A stretch of DNA of 64,000 bases. Source: Oikopleura dioica. Lineage: Eukaryota; Animalia; Chordata. The notes under the pieces were generated by a model, which worked only from the letters and a program-made list of their open reading frames with translations, had not been told where the DNA came from and did no database searches. Made by a program: the position numbers and the translations under genes. The DNA is taken from contig OU015566.1 in NCBI GenBank assembly GCA_907165135.1, positions 9,796,001-9,860,000 of the forward strand, given 5' to 3'. Shown piece by piece: positions 9,901 through 19,569 of the stretch; position 1 is the first letter of the stretch, and every line of letters begins with the position of its first letter.

Positions 9901-12900
9901 ATGCTTCTTCTCTCATTGTAGCATTCGTAGATTCTTTTCCTTGATCGAGCTCGCAGGTAAGAAGCGTTGTACTGAGCTGTTCTAATTTTACTCTGCTTTC
10001 TGTGATCAAGGGCTCTAGGCTTGGCTTAAGTGATTCGTCATTTCGCACTTGTTCTTCGAGGTAGTTTACTCGATCGTTTATGCTTCTTATTTCGGTGACG
10101 GTTTCTAGCAGTGATTTGTTCGCCGCCATAGCTCGAAATATATCGGCAGTAAGGGTTTATGGGCCTTGGATTACCTTTCAGGCCCTCAGAAAATACTGCG
10201 ACTAAAAGTCGCAATATGATGAGCTGAGGTGCCTTTTGCGCAAACGCCCGACGATTTCTCTGTCCAGCGATTGTCGAAATTTCAAGGTCTGGTCCAAGGG
10301 TCGATTCTTCGTAAACTTCTCTCGATTTTTGGTGAAAAGTGGCGAAAGAATTCTGTTTTTCTGAGTATTTTAGGTTTTCCCCGGCGTGCGTGCGTGGTTG
10401 CGTGGGCGCGACTTTCGGCGCGTGGGTCGTGGTGGCGCTCGTGTGGTGGCGCTCGCTCGGGGTGGTGTTGGTGTGGTGCGGCGCGGAAAATTCTCTGAGT
10501 GGAGTTTCTCCGGCGGCGCGGTGGCGGTTGGTGATTCGGTTCCCCTCGACTCCGCTGACGGCCAATCAGCGTCCAAGTTGCGAAACTTCGGTTGTCGATG
10601 GCGGAAAATTTACCTTTTCTCCAACGGGACTACTCTGATACCACTGAAGGGATCCTAGCTTCTGCTGAATCTCCCACTTCTAGCGTAGTTTGCCTGCTCT
10701 CTATATCTGGACGAGTGAAGAAAACGAGTAAAGTATCTTTGACGTCTGTATTTCGAGCTGGAGTAAAATAGAGGTTAATTCACGAACTGCGTGAATTACC
10801 GAATTGAGAGAAATACACGGCGGCGACCGAGCAAAGCTCGATCTAGATAAGCAAGTGACCTTAGGGGACGAGGGAGTCTAACGAATCTAAGATCCCAATA
10901 TCTTGATAATGTATCGGCGCGCAATCATGTTAACAGGCTTGCACTCGCTGCTGACATCCCCCTTGTCGAATCTGGCACGGCTGGTTATTCTGGCGAGAGC
11001 TCAGTTATCAAAAAGGGGCTGAGCCCTTGTTACGAATGCTCGGTAACAACCAGGCTAGAAGATTCTATTTTCTTACCCATTTCTAGGAGCGCCCACGAAA
11101 CAAGACGTACCCTGGGTGCACCATCAGAAATACACCTTCAGAGCCAATTCACTGTATTGTTTGGGCTAAGTTCTTGTTCAGCCAGCTTTTCGGGGAACCA
11201 GACGATGAACAAGAAGTTTCACCAGACGCAGCCGACCCAGAACTTGCGGTAAGTCGACGTTCTCAGCGATAAAGGCGTAAATTATTATTAGAATGGGGAA
11301 AGCAGTGAAAATAGCGAAAACAAAGGGAACATCAAGCGAATCAATACGACAGTCTGGGCGGAAGAAAACGATTGGGATCCAAAACTTTATTCAACAAGTT
11401 TTTCAAAGAAGACATCAACTCTTTGCTGTCGATGAGCAAGCTTTGGGAAAAGGAAGGACGGAAGAAGCCTTCTGCGTTGGACTATGACGAGATCGTAAGC
11501 TTCATCAAAAGTATATTCAATCTTTATCTTATATTTCCGCAATTCTAATTGAATTAATTTATTACAAATCATCTTAGGTTGGCTGTGGAGATGGCCACGC
11601 TACCGGAAGTAAGATGCAGCTCAGAACTTTGAAAGAAAACGTAGCGGCTTGGCATAAAGCTGTCACAGATGTCAAGGTAACATTATTTTTCTTAAGTGTC
11701 CCAAATCAATCCAACTTCATTTCTCAGGAACGGCGAAAAAGAGATGGCCATCTTTCGTGGGACAAGGATGACACGGATGCAATGATGTTTGTCGCCGCTG
11801 CAGCGAACATCAGGTGCGGCATCTTCCAGATTGAACAAAAAACGGAATGGAAAGTGAAGGAGATGGCGGGTAACATCATTCCAGGTATTCGGCGCCTAAA
11901 TTCTGCAGAAAATAATCCTCATTTCTCAAGCGATTGCGACGGCAAACGCAGTAATTGCCGCTATCGTCTGCCTTCAAGCCGTAAAGGTGTTGAAAAACAA
12001 CATCAAAAAGACTCGAGAAGTATCTCTTCGTGTACAGCCAACACAACATTACATTCTCGCAGCTTCAACATTTGCCGATCGAAACGATAACTGTGTCGTC
12101 TGCGCGGAAAAGCCTACAGTCACAATCACGCTTGATACAAAAAAAGTAAAGTCGATTATGCTCGAAACTCGGGTTTTATTTGATCCTTTAGTTCACACTG
12201 AAAGATTTCCGCGAAAAAGTCTGCCAGAAAAAGCTGTCAATGCATGAGCCCGATGTGGAGATGGACGGAAACATCATCCTTTCCTCGGACGAAGATGATT
12301 TGGACGAGAACTTCTTGAAAAAGACTCTCAGCGAAGTTGGCGTGAATCATGGGGCTATTTTGACCGCGGAAGACTTTCAACAGGTATACATTTATTATCT
12401 TTACGAGTTTAAACGAAATTGAAGGAGTTCAAATTGGAGATCCACATCGAACACGCGGAGGAACTCCCCGAGATCGATGGACAAAACGACCAAGAGTTCC
12501 GAATCTCTGGCCAGGAAAAAGCGACTGCAACAATTACTGCCCAAGCCGAAGAAGTGGCAATTGGCAAGAAAAGAGCGCTTTCCTCACAAACGGAAAGCGA
12601 ACCCGCCGCGAAAGTTCAAAAGATCAGTAAGTCCACGGCCAATTTCAATAAGGAATAGAAATTCCAAATCCTAACTCCCCATGTTTTTGTGCTCGTTAGA
12701 AAGAGCGTAAAAAGTTTCGTCAGAAAAAAATAGTTTTAGGGGCTGAGTCATCATTAATGACGTCATGGTGGCTGGTTGAAGTTCCAAAAGTCCCAAACGT
12801 TGGGTCCCCTCTCATTTTTTTTCTAGAAATGGAAAATTTGAGTTCAATATATCAAAATGATCGCCTTGACCTACTCTAGGTGAAGAGCTATATATGAAAG

Positions 12901-13376
12901 ATCCAACTCTAGAAAAAAATTTTTTTTTCGATTTTTTCAAAATTTTTTCTGAAAGATATAGCTCTTCACCTAGAGTGGGTCAAGGCGATCATTTTCCTGT
13001 ATTTAACTCAAATTTTCCATTTGTGGAAAAAAAATGAGAGGGGACCCAACCTTTGGGCTTTTGGAACTTCAACCAGCCGCCATGACGTCATTTGTGATGA
13101 CTCAGCCTCTAGAAATATTTTTTTCTGACGTAACTTTTTACGCTCTTTAGAACTATCATAAATACATGGGAGGTAAAGATTTGGAATTTCTATTCCTTAT
13201 TGAAATTGGCCCACGCCTTTTTGATACCATGTCCTTTTATAAATAATTGAATTTATAAAACGATGTCGATAATAAGTATTGCAGTCTTACTAATACTTAT
13301 TTGTATCAACTAAGGATCATCTTGTTTAGTGGATCATTTAGATCTCGACGACGATGACGATCTCATCTGCCTCTAG
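3947..13376 (+). CDS. UBA2: SUMO-activating enzyme subunit 2, interrupted in a coding exon by an LTR retrotransposon
   Basis: Motifs: [17 protein letters not shown]; [16 protein letters not shown]; IILNAL|[12 protein letters not shown] split by the insertion; ESGTAGY; CYEC; [22 protein letters not shown] with the catalytic Cys; [15 protein letters not shown]. Final exon 13330-13376 encodes (M)[14 protein letters not shown], like the acidic SAE2 tail. Confidence 0.95.
4412..4667 (-). repeat. 3' LTR
   Basis: Identical by eye to 10645-10900. Element-strand termini TATTGGGATC...GATCCCTTCA. Confidence 0.97.
4668..4675 (-). other. Polypurine tract
   Basis: ATGGGGGG on the element strand directly abuts the 3' LTR. 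Confidence 0.75.
4977..8585 (-). CDS. Retrotransposon Pol (RT, RNase H, integrase with long tail), -1 frame relative to gag-PR
   Basis: RT: [18 protein letters not shown]. RNase H: LYTDAS, EMFSIVW, HTDHRSL. Integrase: H-x4-H..C-x2-C, IQIDF, HSDRG, FAERANR, W.GP motif. Confidence 0.95.
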   Translation of the reverse strand: MPHSASEAKTRNYPTSKRRPGAKEGGRRAVFGFRRQIRLRRSKMGEFPFEIEIPTDGTSRNISQHPIPQAFHGQVTDHISELLDTKIIEEIKDQKGFNSPVLPIPKKSGEMRFCINYKNSLNKCLSDKSDPYHLPSMEDTIANIGPGNKYFATVDLRSGYWQCPIKKSDRYKTSFQWGGKSYAFCRLPFGYRCSGNIFSRVVNTILDSSPTRKKMLSYIDDIVCFGKSFSCYYNTLRNLFIALRKFNAKLKGEKCSFLQSEAHFLGRIINEEGIKPDPAQVSALRQMKPPRSQKELASLIGSLNWIRGFLETKMGEAISSGCFSSRMKPINDVRNSANETNCFKWTKEADLALKEIQRRLSETPVISFPNFDESFHLYTDASLYAAGGVLLQEYGGRVHLVSAISHTFNKAERKWNTSEKEMFSIVWCCERLEKLLKGRFFQIHTDHRSLIFLHKKKFKNSKISRWQSRLEEFDFHIVYIKGSENQFADFMSRRPGEDDKSLGYDSEFPVGREYEIDKNSPVRVFVPFWNENQFPEKITLSEVKIHKVNVKAIAAPMEIPLVSANYNNILDYQREDSALSAIITFLESGKEPLDIKSLVKDSDHRQSSLLKMEKALFLDNTTGCLMCQFKSGARAVVPEAVKSHFLFLAHDLSGHLGEPRTLERLEDVWWPSFQDDVSNYVHSCVPCLRRKGSAGTRTKPPLGTLRRGKTAGESIQIDFACMPPAGGFKYYLVVADTFSRYTWCIPTRSDTAICAAKALIYKVFLPMDFLPKHLHSDRGTHFCASVIDEMCKLNQIKHTISTAFHPQSNAFAERANRTIKNSLFCMVNSSSGRKTWADCVPHVMRALNSVKNKSTKISPREVWFGRKSTFTHSTGAEMTAETPQVFGLNVGALAKSAEAIVKTAMEAADRAMEHRLKNEPKPRPIPAGAVVYIKRENLTDAKSKKERWVGPLKAVSSNDWVVMVEDKKGQRDFIHREHVVHAAERNHDLRWIDYYEAEYVFPHLTEIVKSKVPQKSPVPTSKPMEKSGSKSHGGRKSSQVASTPMVAMEKPPRSSLSPILESRRRLDMENLGDTTATSILDSSVAPAEPSDRWYSGGTLYETAEDMSADATVISEVAAPDNSHMSVDKQNSTVVEGSATENSKKRTRPKSSPDRQYSAGADPNATLTEVGAAHLPKHTKRAHRETRPVEPLNIGTNSGQSYD
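8324..10129 (-). CDS. Retrotransposon Gag + aspartic protease
   Basis: 601-aa ORF with coiled-coil N-terminus and helical capsid-like region, a basic stretch (no CCHC knuckle seen), protease VDSGAE and SLLGRDIL. Confidence 0.9.
   Translation of the reverse strand: MAANKSLLETVTEIRSINDRVNYLEEQVRNDESLKPSLEPLITESRVKLEQLSTTLLTCELDQGKESTNATMREEAWVATTWSRHVQDLPKLDAACNTSFNTFLGRADIYHRAYVRDRPSREQPFIAAVYSHFDLNIERSLGTEFLNCQDWKSAKALLEKSFAAKSHYLLKLSEVFDVEYDHSKPFAHYTANVLQKMNEAKQATLNSYRQEKSADAGVDEIFDIFSTMMLYLNLRKEEPDVFNAILPSLSKVYDINELCRLAQSTRQNRVDSATVSQHFNRNKNKKKKNAKRASTDSKDGKDDKQPESKKINTTKNVEDFQPFDVHFYTVKKKRPGKAYFASATIITGSKSFDVSMEVDSGAESSCLSAAYVPDKFLQMLKPCPFKVTGFSPNIPAEQPRGILPCRLSFNGGPAFSLNLTIMPGSKYPSLLGRDILENAMTDSFTVDNKNRTLSFCYNEAFTQTETQVVKLDGVKRTKIKKYLTTRSAVKDSDRSRTQPPPKVPKLDAPNKNAARCPIQLAKQKLGITLPANADPGQKKVVAELCLDFDDRFGCDGQKWVNSHSRSKSRLMVRVETSVNTLFRKLFMARSLITSPNCSIRK
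10632..10643 (-). other. Primer-binding site
   Basis: TGGTATCAGAGT one base after the 5' LTR; complementary to a tRNA 3' CCA end. Confidence 0.85.
10645..10900 (-). repeat. 5' LTR
   Basis: Identical by eye to 4412-4667. Confidence 0.97.
12637..13211. mobile_element. 575-bp foldback MITE (PIF/Harbinger-like) in last UBA2 intron
   Basis: Imperfect inverted arms of ~255 bp (GGCCAATTTCAATAAGGAATAGAAATTCCAAATC... / ...GATTTGGAATTTCTATTCCTTATTGAAATTGGCC) flanked by a 3-bp CAC duplication (12634-12636 / 13212-13214). No coding capacity. Confidence 0.85.
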
Positions 13377-13597
13377 AAAATAAGGGTCTTTGAAAAAGCC
13401 GTTTAAAGACTCTTTCCAACTAGGTTTCTTTGTACACTTATATTTCAAAAAGTCACCACATGTATTGATCTTTCCCCTCTTTTTTGAAAGAAGACACTGC
13501 CCTGTCCTTTATTCCTTCATGTTTACTTGAAAAGTTCTGATTAGGAAAATTTTGTTAATTAAACAGAATCTGAAAATTCTCATTTTGATAATCAGAA

Positions 13598-16160
13598 ATG
13601 GATAATGAAATCGAACCAATGCCGGATCTCCATGAAATCATGATGTCGGACGAGTGGACTTCAGATGAATCCGGTGAATCTCTTCAGAGACGACCTCGGA
13701 AGAGGAGAAAAGTTATGCGCAATCGGGGACTTGAAAGTCCCCAAGGGGAGAAAAACTCCAGCATGCGCAAACTTTGCAAGAATAAAATGATATCCAGTTT
13801 CTCACATTTCCGAAGCGAGGGGATCTTGACTGACGTCGTGATTGTTGTTCCTGGATCTCCAGAAATAAACGCTCATAAAATTGTCCTAGCCGCTGCTAGT
13901 CCATTTTGAAACAATGTTCAAGGTAGGAGAAGTCTGAAAGAGGCTATGTGAACATAAATGTTAGTCTGGGATGCGCGAATCTACCTCAAACCGAGTTGAA
14001 ATGCCGGAAATTAACTACGAAACAGCTCTTTTGCTCGTTGAATTTGCCTATTGCGGCAAATATGAAATCAACACCGACAATGCCCAGAATTTGCTGGAAG
14101 CCGCTGACTGCTACCAGTTTCAGATGCTCAAAGAAAACTGCGAATCGTTTCTTCTTAATACAATTGAACTGTCTAACTGCTTCGTCCTCATGAAAATTGC
14201 CGAAGTTAGGTGTCTACCTCGTCTATCTGCTGCTGCTTTATCATTTGCTCTCAAAAACTTTGAATCAATCGCCAAGAGCAAGTCTTTTAAAGAGCTCTCA
14301 TTCACAGGTGTTGTTTATCGTGGTCTTCGTTATTCCTTTGTTTCTAGCGCTTGAAAGCTATCTGTCCGATGATGAACTGGTCTGCGGTCAAGAAGAGGCT
14401 GTATACAACGCGATTCTGACTTGGCTCCAATCTGATAAAAATGATCGCTCCAAATACGCATCAAAATTACTGAAATGCGTTCGACTCGGTCGCATCAACC
14501 CGCGTTTCATCTGGGATGTCATCGAGAAAGAATCTCTCTTCTCTGATGCTGACTGTCTACAATACATTCACTTTGCTAGCAAGTTCAAAATGCTTGGCAG
14601 TTCTGATCGTTCCAGTGAATTTGACGCAATCGGAAGGCCCCGAACATGCTCAGGTGAGCCGTGCAACAAAGTTGATACTCATCCGTATTTTTAGGCATTA
14701 CGCAAGCGATAGTCTTCGTAGGAGGCATTTCCGGTAACCAGAAACTGAACGAAGTTTTTGCGCTCATAAAGCCGCATGTTGTCCTTCATGATTTCACAGC
14801 AAAGCCGAAGTATGTTACACTGCCCAATATTTCAACGGACCATCTTCGACTTCACAGTTACTCGGTCTGTGAGAGCGACAATAATATTTACATCACTGGT
14901 GGACATTGTAGCATTGGAAATCAAGGATCCACGAGTGATCTCGTTTCCACTTATCAAGCTGGAGCCCATGACTGGAGCACACTACCAAAGATGCTTTCTG
15001 CTCGAGGTAAATTGCTCGCTCTTCGTTTGAAACTAAATTCTCCTTTAGAAAGACATGGAAGTGCTTTTGTCGATGGCATGCTTTATGTAGTTGGCGGTCT
15101 CATGGCTGGCAAGCAGAAAAAGCGTCCTTCTGTCCTTTCAAAAGTTGAAAAATATGATCCGAAATATATGCAGTGGTCAAAAGTAGCCGACCTTCCGAAA
15201 AAGTGCTACTCTCCTGGTGTCATCAGGTAGTTTTCTTAGTAAAGAATAAGTTGCCAATCAACTTCTTTTTTTAGCTACAAAGGAAAATTACACGTAATCG
15301 GCGGCGTATCGATGGTTGAAACCGCGGGTCCAAGACTCAATCAAACGGCGGCTTCGACTTCGGCTTCGAACATATCCATGCAAGATCCGACTTCGACTGG
15401 AAGCGTGACTAATTCAGTTGTCGGTGTGAATGCGGCTCAAGGATCGGCTCCTGGGACGTCTGGTACAGCAACTGGTGCTCAGACTCAACCATCGACTCCA
15501 AAGACTACGTCAACGAAAGCCGAACTTGAGTTCGTTCAAATATACTGCCCGAGAAAAGACGAATGGATAACTCGTAATATTGGACGTAAGCTGGCTAGAC
15601 TTGCATGCGCTTTGTACAAGGACTATGTTTACATCGTCTCCAACAATGTAAGTTCTAGTCTTCTTTTTGTTTCACTTCGGGTCTAGAGCAAGTCGATCTT
15701 CCGATACTGCCCGAACGAATACGTACTCGAGGAATGGCTCGTAATTGACAGAGAATTCCGCAAACTAGAATTCGCTGGTTTCGTTGCATATGGGGGCAAA
15801 TTGATTATAACTGGTGGCCAACGCGGTGATGACACTCTCAAGTGAGTTCCCAACAATCGACACTTATTCATTTCTTGTTATAGCCACGTCACAGTAATCG
15901 AGATCGAAACAAAGAAGATCGTCGGCACAACATTCGAATTACCGAAAGCAATGTGTATGCATGGATGTGTTCTCATCGAGCAACACTTGAAGACGCTTGA
16001 GAGCGCTTATAAAGAGAAAAATCATCGAGTTTCTTTGGTCGACCTTCCGCCAGGCTGGGAACTCAACTCGTCTGGACATCCACGTTATGTTGGAGGGCGA
16101 GGGCATGTGATTTTTAGGCGAAGGGAGGGCGAGATGGCCAATCCCGTCCTGAATCCATAG
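13598..16160 (+). CDS. BTB-BACK-Kelch (KLHL-family) protein; apparent frameshift at 13904-13907
   Basis: BTB (LTDVVIVV, AHKIVLAAASP, MRES, LLVEFAYCG, LLEAADCYQ), BACK (EEAVYNAILTWL, LLKCVRL) and Kelch repeats (YITGG, YVVGG, VEKYDP). Confidence 0.9.
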
Positions 16161-16371
16161 TTCACTCTTTTCAATCTTTAACTCATCGCAAGTTCAAGTT
16201 GCAAACATTCACTTTTCTCTTTTGCACTCACTGATAAGAAAAAACAAACAAAAAAGACACTCAGTTAATATTCTCTTCGAAACACTGCTTACTTCATTGC
16301 TCATTGAAACTTTCTCATTTTCATTTCACAGCTTCAAAAAAGTCATAGTTTTGAATTCGGTGATCTGAAGA

Positions 16372-17744
16372 ATGTTTGACACTGTTTGCGTCGGAGCAGG
16401 ACTCATTGGAGGTGTCCAAGCTGCTCTTCTTCGTAGGTCTCGACATCTACCCCGCCCGAAGGTTTTGCTCACTGATGGAGCTCGAAGACCAACATTTAAA
16501 TCCACCTTGACTAAGAATATCAGACAAATCGCTGTCAATCCCGGCTCCAGACAACTCTTGCAAGACGTTGGAGCCTGGGATAAGCTTGGAAATAGCCCCT
16601 GGGCTGTGCACAAAATAACGGTTTGGGATGCGATGGGCCACGGAGGACTAGAATTCGAATCAAAGCACGAGGAAAACCCTATTTTTCACATGACAGAAGT
16701 GCCAGCTATATCAGCCGCGGGAGTCGACGCAGCTGACGATGCTGGGGTCGAACTCATGTTTGAAAGCAAGCTGCAAAATATCATTGTTCCTAATAGATTC
16801 AACCAGACAATTCAAGATACGGATTATGTCCATTTTGAAATCAAAGAGGAAAAATACGAAACGAGGCTTTTACTTGGATGTGATGGAGCTAACTCTTCTG
16901 GTGAGTAAAGATGATGCGTGCTTTTCTTTTATTCCGTATTTCAGTGAGAAAAGCTGCCGGTCTTAGTTCGCTCTCGAAGAACTATGATCAGCGAGGCTTC
17001 GTGTGTACTGTTAGAGCTGAAAATGTAGGCGACAATCGAACTGCTTTCCAGCGATTTCTCCCTTCTGGTGACGTTATTGCATTATTACCATGTGAAGAAG
17101 ATCAGTTGAGTATTGTCTGGAGCTGCGCTTCAAGCAAAGCAAAGATGCTGGAAAAGCTCGAAGAGGCTGACTTGATCGCAAAGATTAATGAAGTTCTCGT
17201 CATCGACCGAACCCCATCACTAATAAAACAGATTCACGGGAGTCTATCATTTATTCCAAAGTCGATTGGATTGAAGACAGAAATGACTGTAGATCCGCCG
17301 CGAATAACTGAAATCTTGAGTCCGACCGGCTCGTTTCCTCTTGGCTCAGCGTTGGCGACGAATATGGTAGCACCAAGGACTGCCATTCTTGGAGATGCTG
17401 CTCATAGAGTTCATCCCTTTGCTGGCCAAGGGGCCAATATGGGGTGGAGGGATGTTGAGTTGCTGACTGACTCTCTTGAGCGCGCACACTTGTCTGGAAT
17501 CGACTACACAAGGTGGGCGGATTGCGTCAAACTCGATTCTGACTCCATTTTTAGCCATTTATCTCTTTCGAAATATGAAAAAGTAGCTCTCATCGAACAC
17601 GCTGCATTTATGTCTGGCTTGGAAGGACTAAAACAACTTTATAAAACTAACAGTACCCCTTTTGTTCTCGCTAGAAATGTCGGAACAATGTTTGTCAATA
17701 ATAATTCTGCTCTCAAGGATATTTTCATTTCTCGTGCTTCATAA
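16372..17744 (+). CDS. COQ6: Ubiquinone biosynthesis monooxygenase
   Basis: VGAGLIGG FAD motif, LLLGCDGANS, AFQRFLPSG.IALLP, ILGDAAHRVHPFAGQGANMG. Confidence 0.9.
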
Positions 17745-17822
17745 AAAATGTCTTCGTTTCAATCTATTCTGCACAAAAGCGTAATAATCTATTCGTTCAT
17801 TCTAGACTGTGAGGACTTCTTT

Positions 17823-18949
17823 ATGAATAAACAAAAAGTAAAACAGTTGTTCAAAGCTATTCAAAATCATGATGATACTCGACTTCAAGGTTTTATTGAC
17901 GAATTTGGACCAGAGGTCAGTTCAAAGCCCTTGAAAAACGTTTTACATCAATTAAGGTACTTCTTACGGTTCACAAAACATCAACCCTTTTCCCCATCCA
18001 CATGGCTGCGCAAGAAAACAACCTTTACTGCCTTGAATTGCTTCTGAAAAACTCCATTACTCTCAATTCAACTGATACCGATGGCAAACACGCGTTCCAC
18101 TACGCCGCTTCATGTGGCCATCTTCCCTTTCTTGAAAGGCTCTTCTCTTCCTGTCCAAATCAAATTGACGCTCTCAAGAAATCTGACTGGACGCCGTTGA
18201 TGATGGCCTGCACGAAGCCAGGAAATCTGGAAGTCGTTAGATTTTTGGTTGATAATGGAGCGAGGATGGATTTGGTCAATAAAGATGGCTGGAATGCTGT
18301 TTTTCTCGCTGGACGAACCGGCGACCTGGAAATCTTCAAATTTTTAGTTGAAAAATTCCCAAAAGGACTCGAGCAAATATCCAAAAACGGTCGTTACACA
18401 ATCAACACAATCCTGCAGCACGGGCACGTAGATCTCTTGTCATTCCTTCTTTCTTTGCGAGAAAAAGCAACTCTTGAATCAATTCAACGCGCCTCGGCCA
18501 TTCTCGACGCAGCAATTTGCCCCAACACTCAAATATTCTCGATTTTATCTAGGCACATTCCCGCGGGGAACGAGGATTGGTCAAGAATAAACAAAGCGGG
18601 ATTTACGCCACTGCACCTCGCCGCCCAGGTTACTCATCGCAAAACTAGCATGACGAATACTAGAACTTTTAGAAAGGAAATTCGCAAAACGCTCAGTACT
18701 TGCTTGAACTTGGCGCGGATATCAATGTGAGGAGCCAATGCCCTGCTTCGCTGACCCCGCTTCATGCCGCTTATCAAGAGAATCAGAAGGATATGATCTC
18801 TTTTTTAAAACATAATGGTGCTCTTGAAGGGAAAGGGTTTTCGAAGTGTCGCTTTTTATATAACTTGAATCAAAAACTCCCTCTAAGTCGCGGATAATTT
18901 TGGAAGACTGCCCATTGACTGTTTAAAACGTCCCAAATCGTTGCACTGA
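17823..18949 (+). CDS. ANKRD16: Ankyrin repeat domain-containing protein 16-like
   Basis: 'DALKKSDWTPLMMACTK' and 'NKDGWN' match ANKRD16 repeats. Several exons; start approximate (an upstream ATG exists at 17748). Confidence 0.8.
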
Positions 18950-18999
18950 CAGAATTTAGATACTCACCACTTTCTTTGTTCAGATAGATCGATTGTAAG

Positions 19000-19383
19000 A
19001 TGGTTCTCGCTCGACGAATTGCTCTTATTCCCCGACGACGATTTGGAACTGGTCCCGGTACCTTCACCAATCAGGGCATCAAGGTACCTTGGCTTTTCAA
19101 TTCCGCTTTCCAATTTTTAGAACTACGCCACCCTCGAGCGACAGGACGGAGCTTTGAACGTCTTCAAGGAATGGACCGAGACCTTCCGAGCCCTCCCACG
19201 ATGGCTCCGACGATTCAACGAATCCTGGTGGAAGTGGGTCCCCGGTAAGCACTCCTGAATTTCTTCAACGTCCTTACTTCTCTCGTAGCTTGCTACGTCA
19301 TGTTCTACTGGACAGAATGGGCGCACAAGTTCAACCACCACGCCAAGCGAAAGAACCCCGAAGAGTTCGCCAACGACGAGTAA
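19000..19383 (+). CDS. UQCRQ: Cytochrome b-c1 complex subunit 8
   Basis: Three exons give ...LPRWLRRFNESWWKWVPACYVMFYWTEWAHKFNHHAKRKNPEEFANDE*, matching the QCR8 'RR..ES...VP' and 'KRKNP..(F/Y).ND' signature. Confidence 0.85.
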
Positions 19384-19569
19384 ATATGTCGCCTCCTGCA
19401 TCGATCACCTACAAGTTCGACTCTTCTGTTTACAGAAATTATTTATTGAACTGAAATCTAAAAATCAAATATAAACCTCGCAAAAATAAACGGTTATCAG
19501 TTTAGATTAAGAGCTTTAATCAACAGTTAGCCGTCAATCAGTCGAATCGCTCTTTTTTCACAGCCTAAG

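Larger units (their letters stand above)
4412..10900 (-). mobile_element. Full-length Ty3/gypsy LTR retrotransposon, no env ORF (Tor-like if host is Oikopleura)
   Basis: Two 256-bp LTRs, TCTT target-site duplication (4408-4411 / 10901-10904), PBS, PPT, and gag-PR-RT-RNaseH-IN order. Confidence 0.97.

Noticed and set aside
12637-12658. MITE supplying a new UBA2 stop codon / rewriting its C-terminus
   Set aside because: A consensus GTAAGT donor at 12627 and an in-frame exon 13330-13376 encoding the conserved acidic tail place the MITE in an intron.
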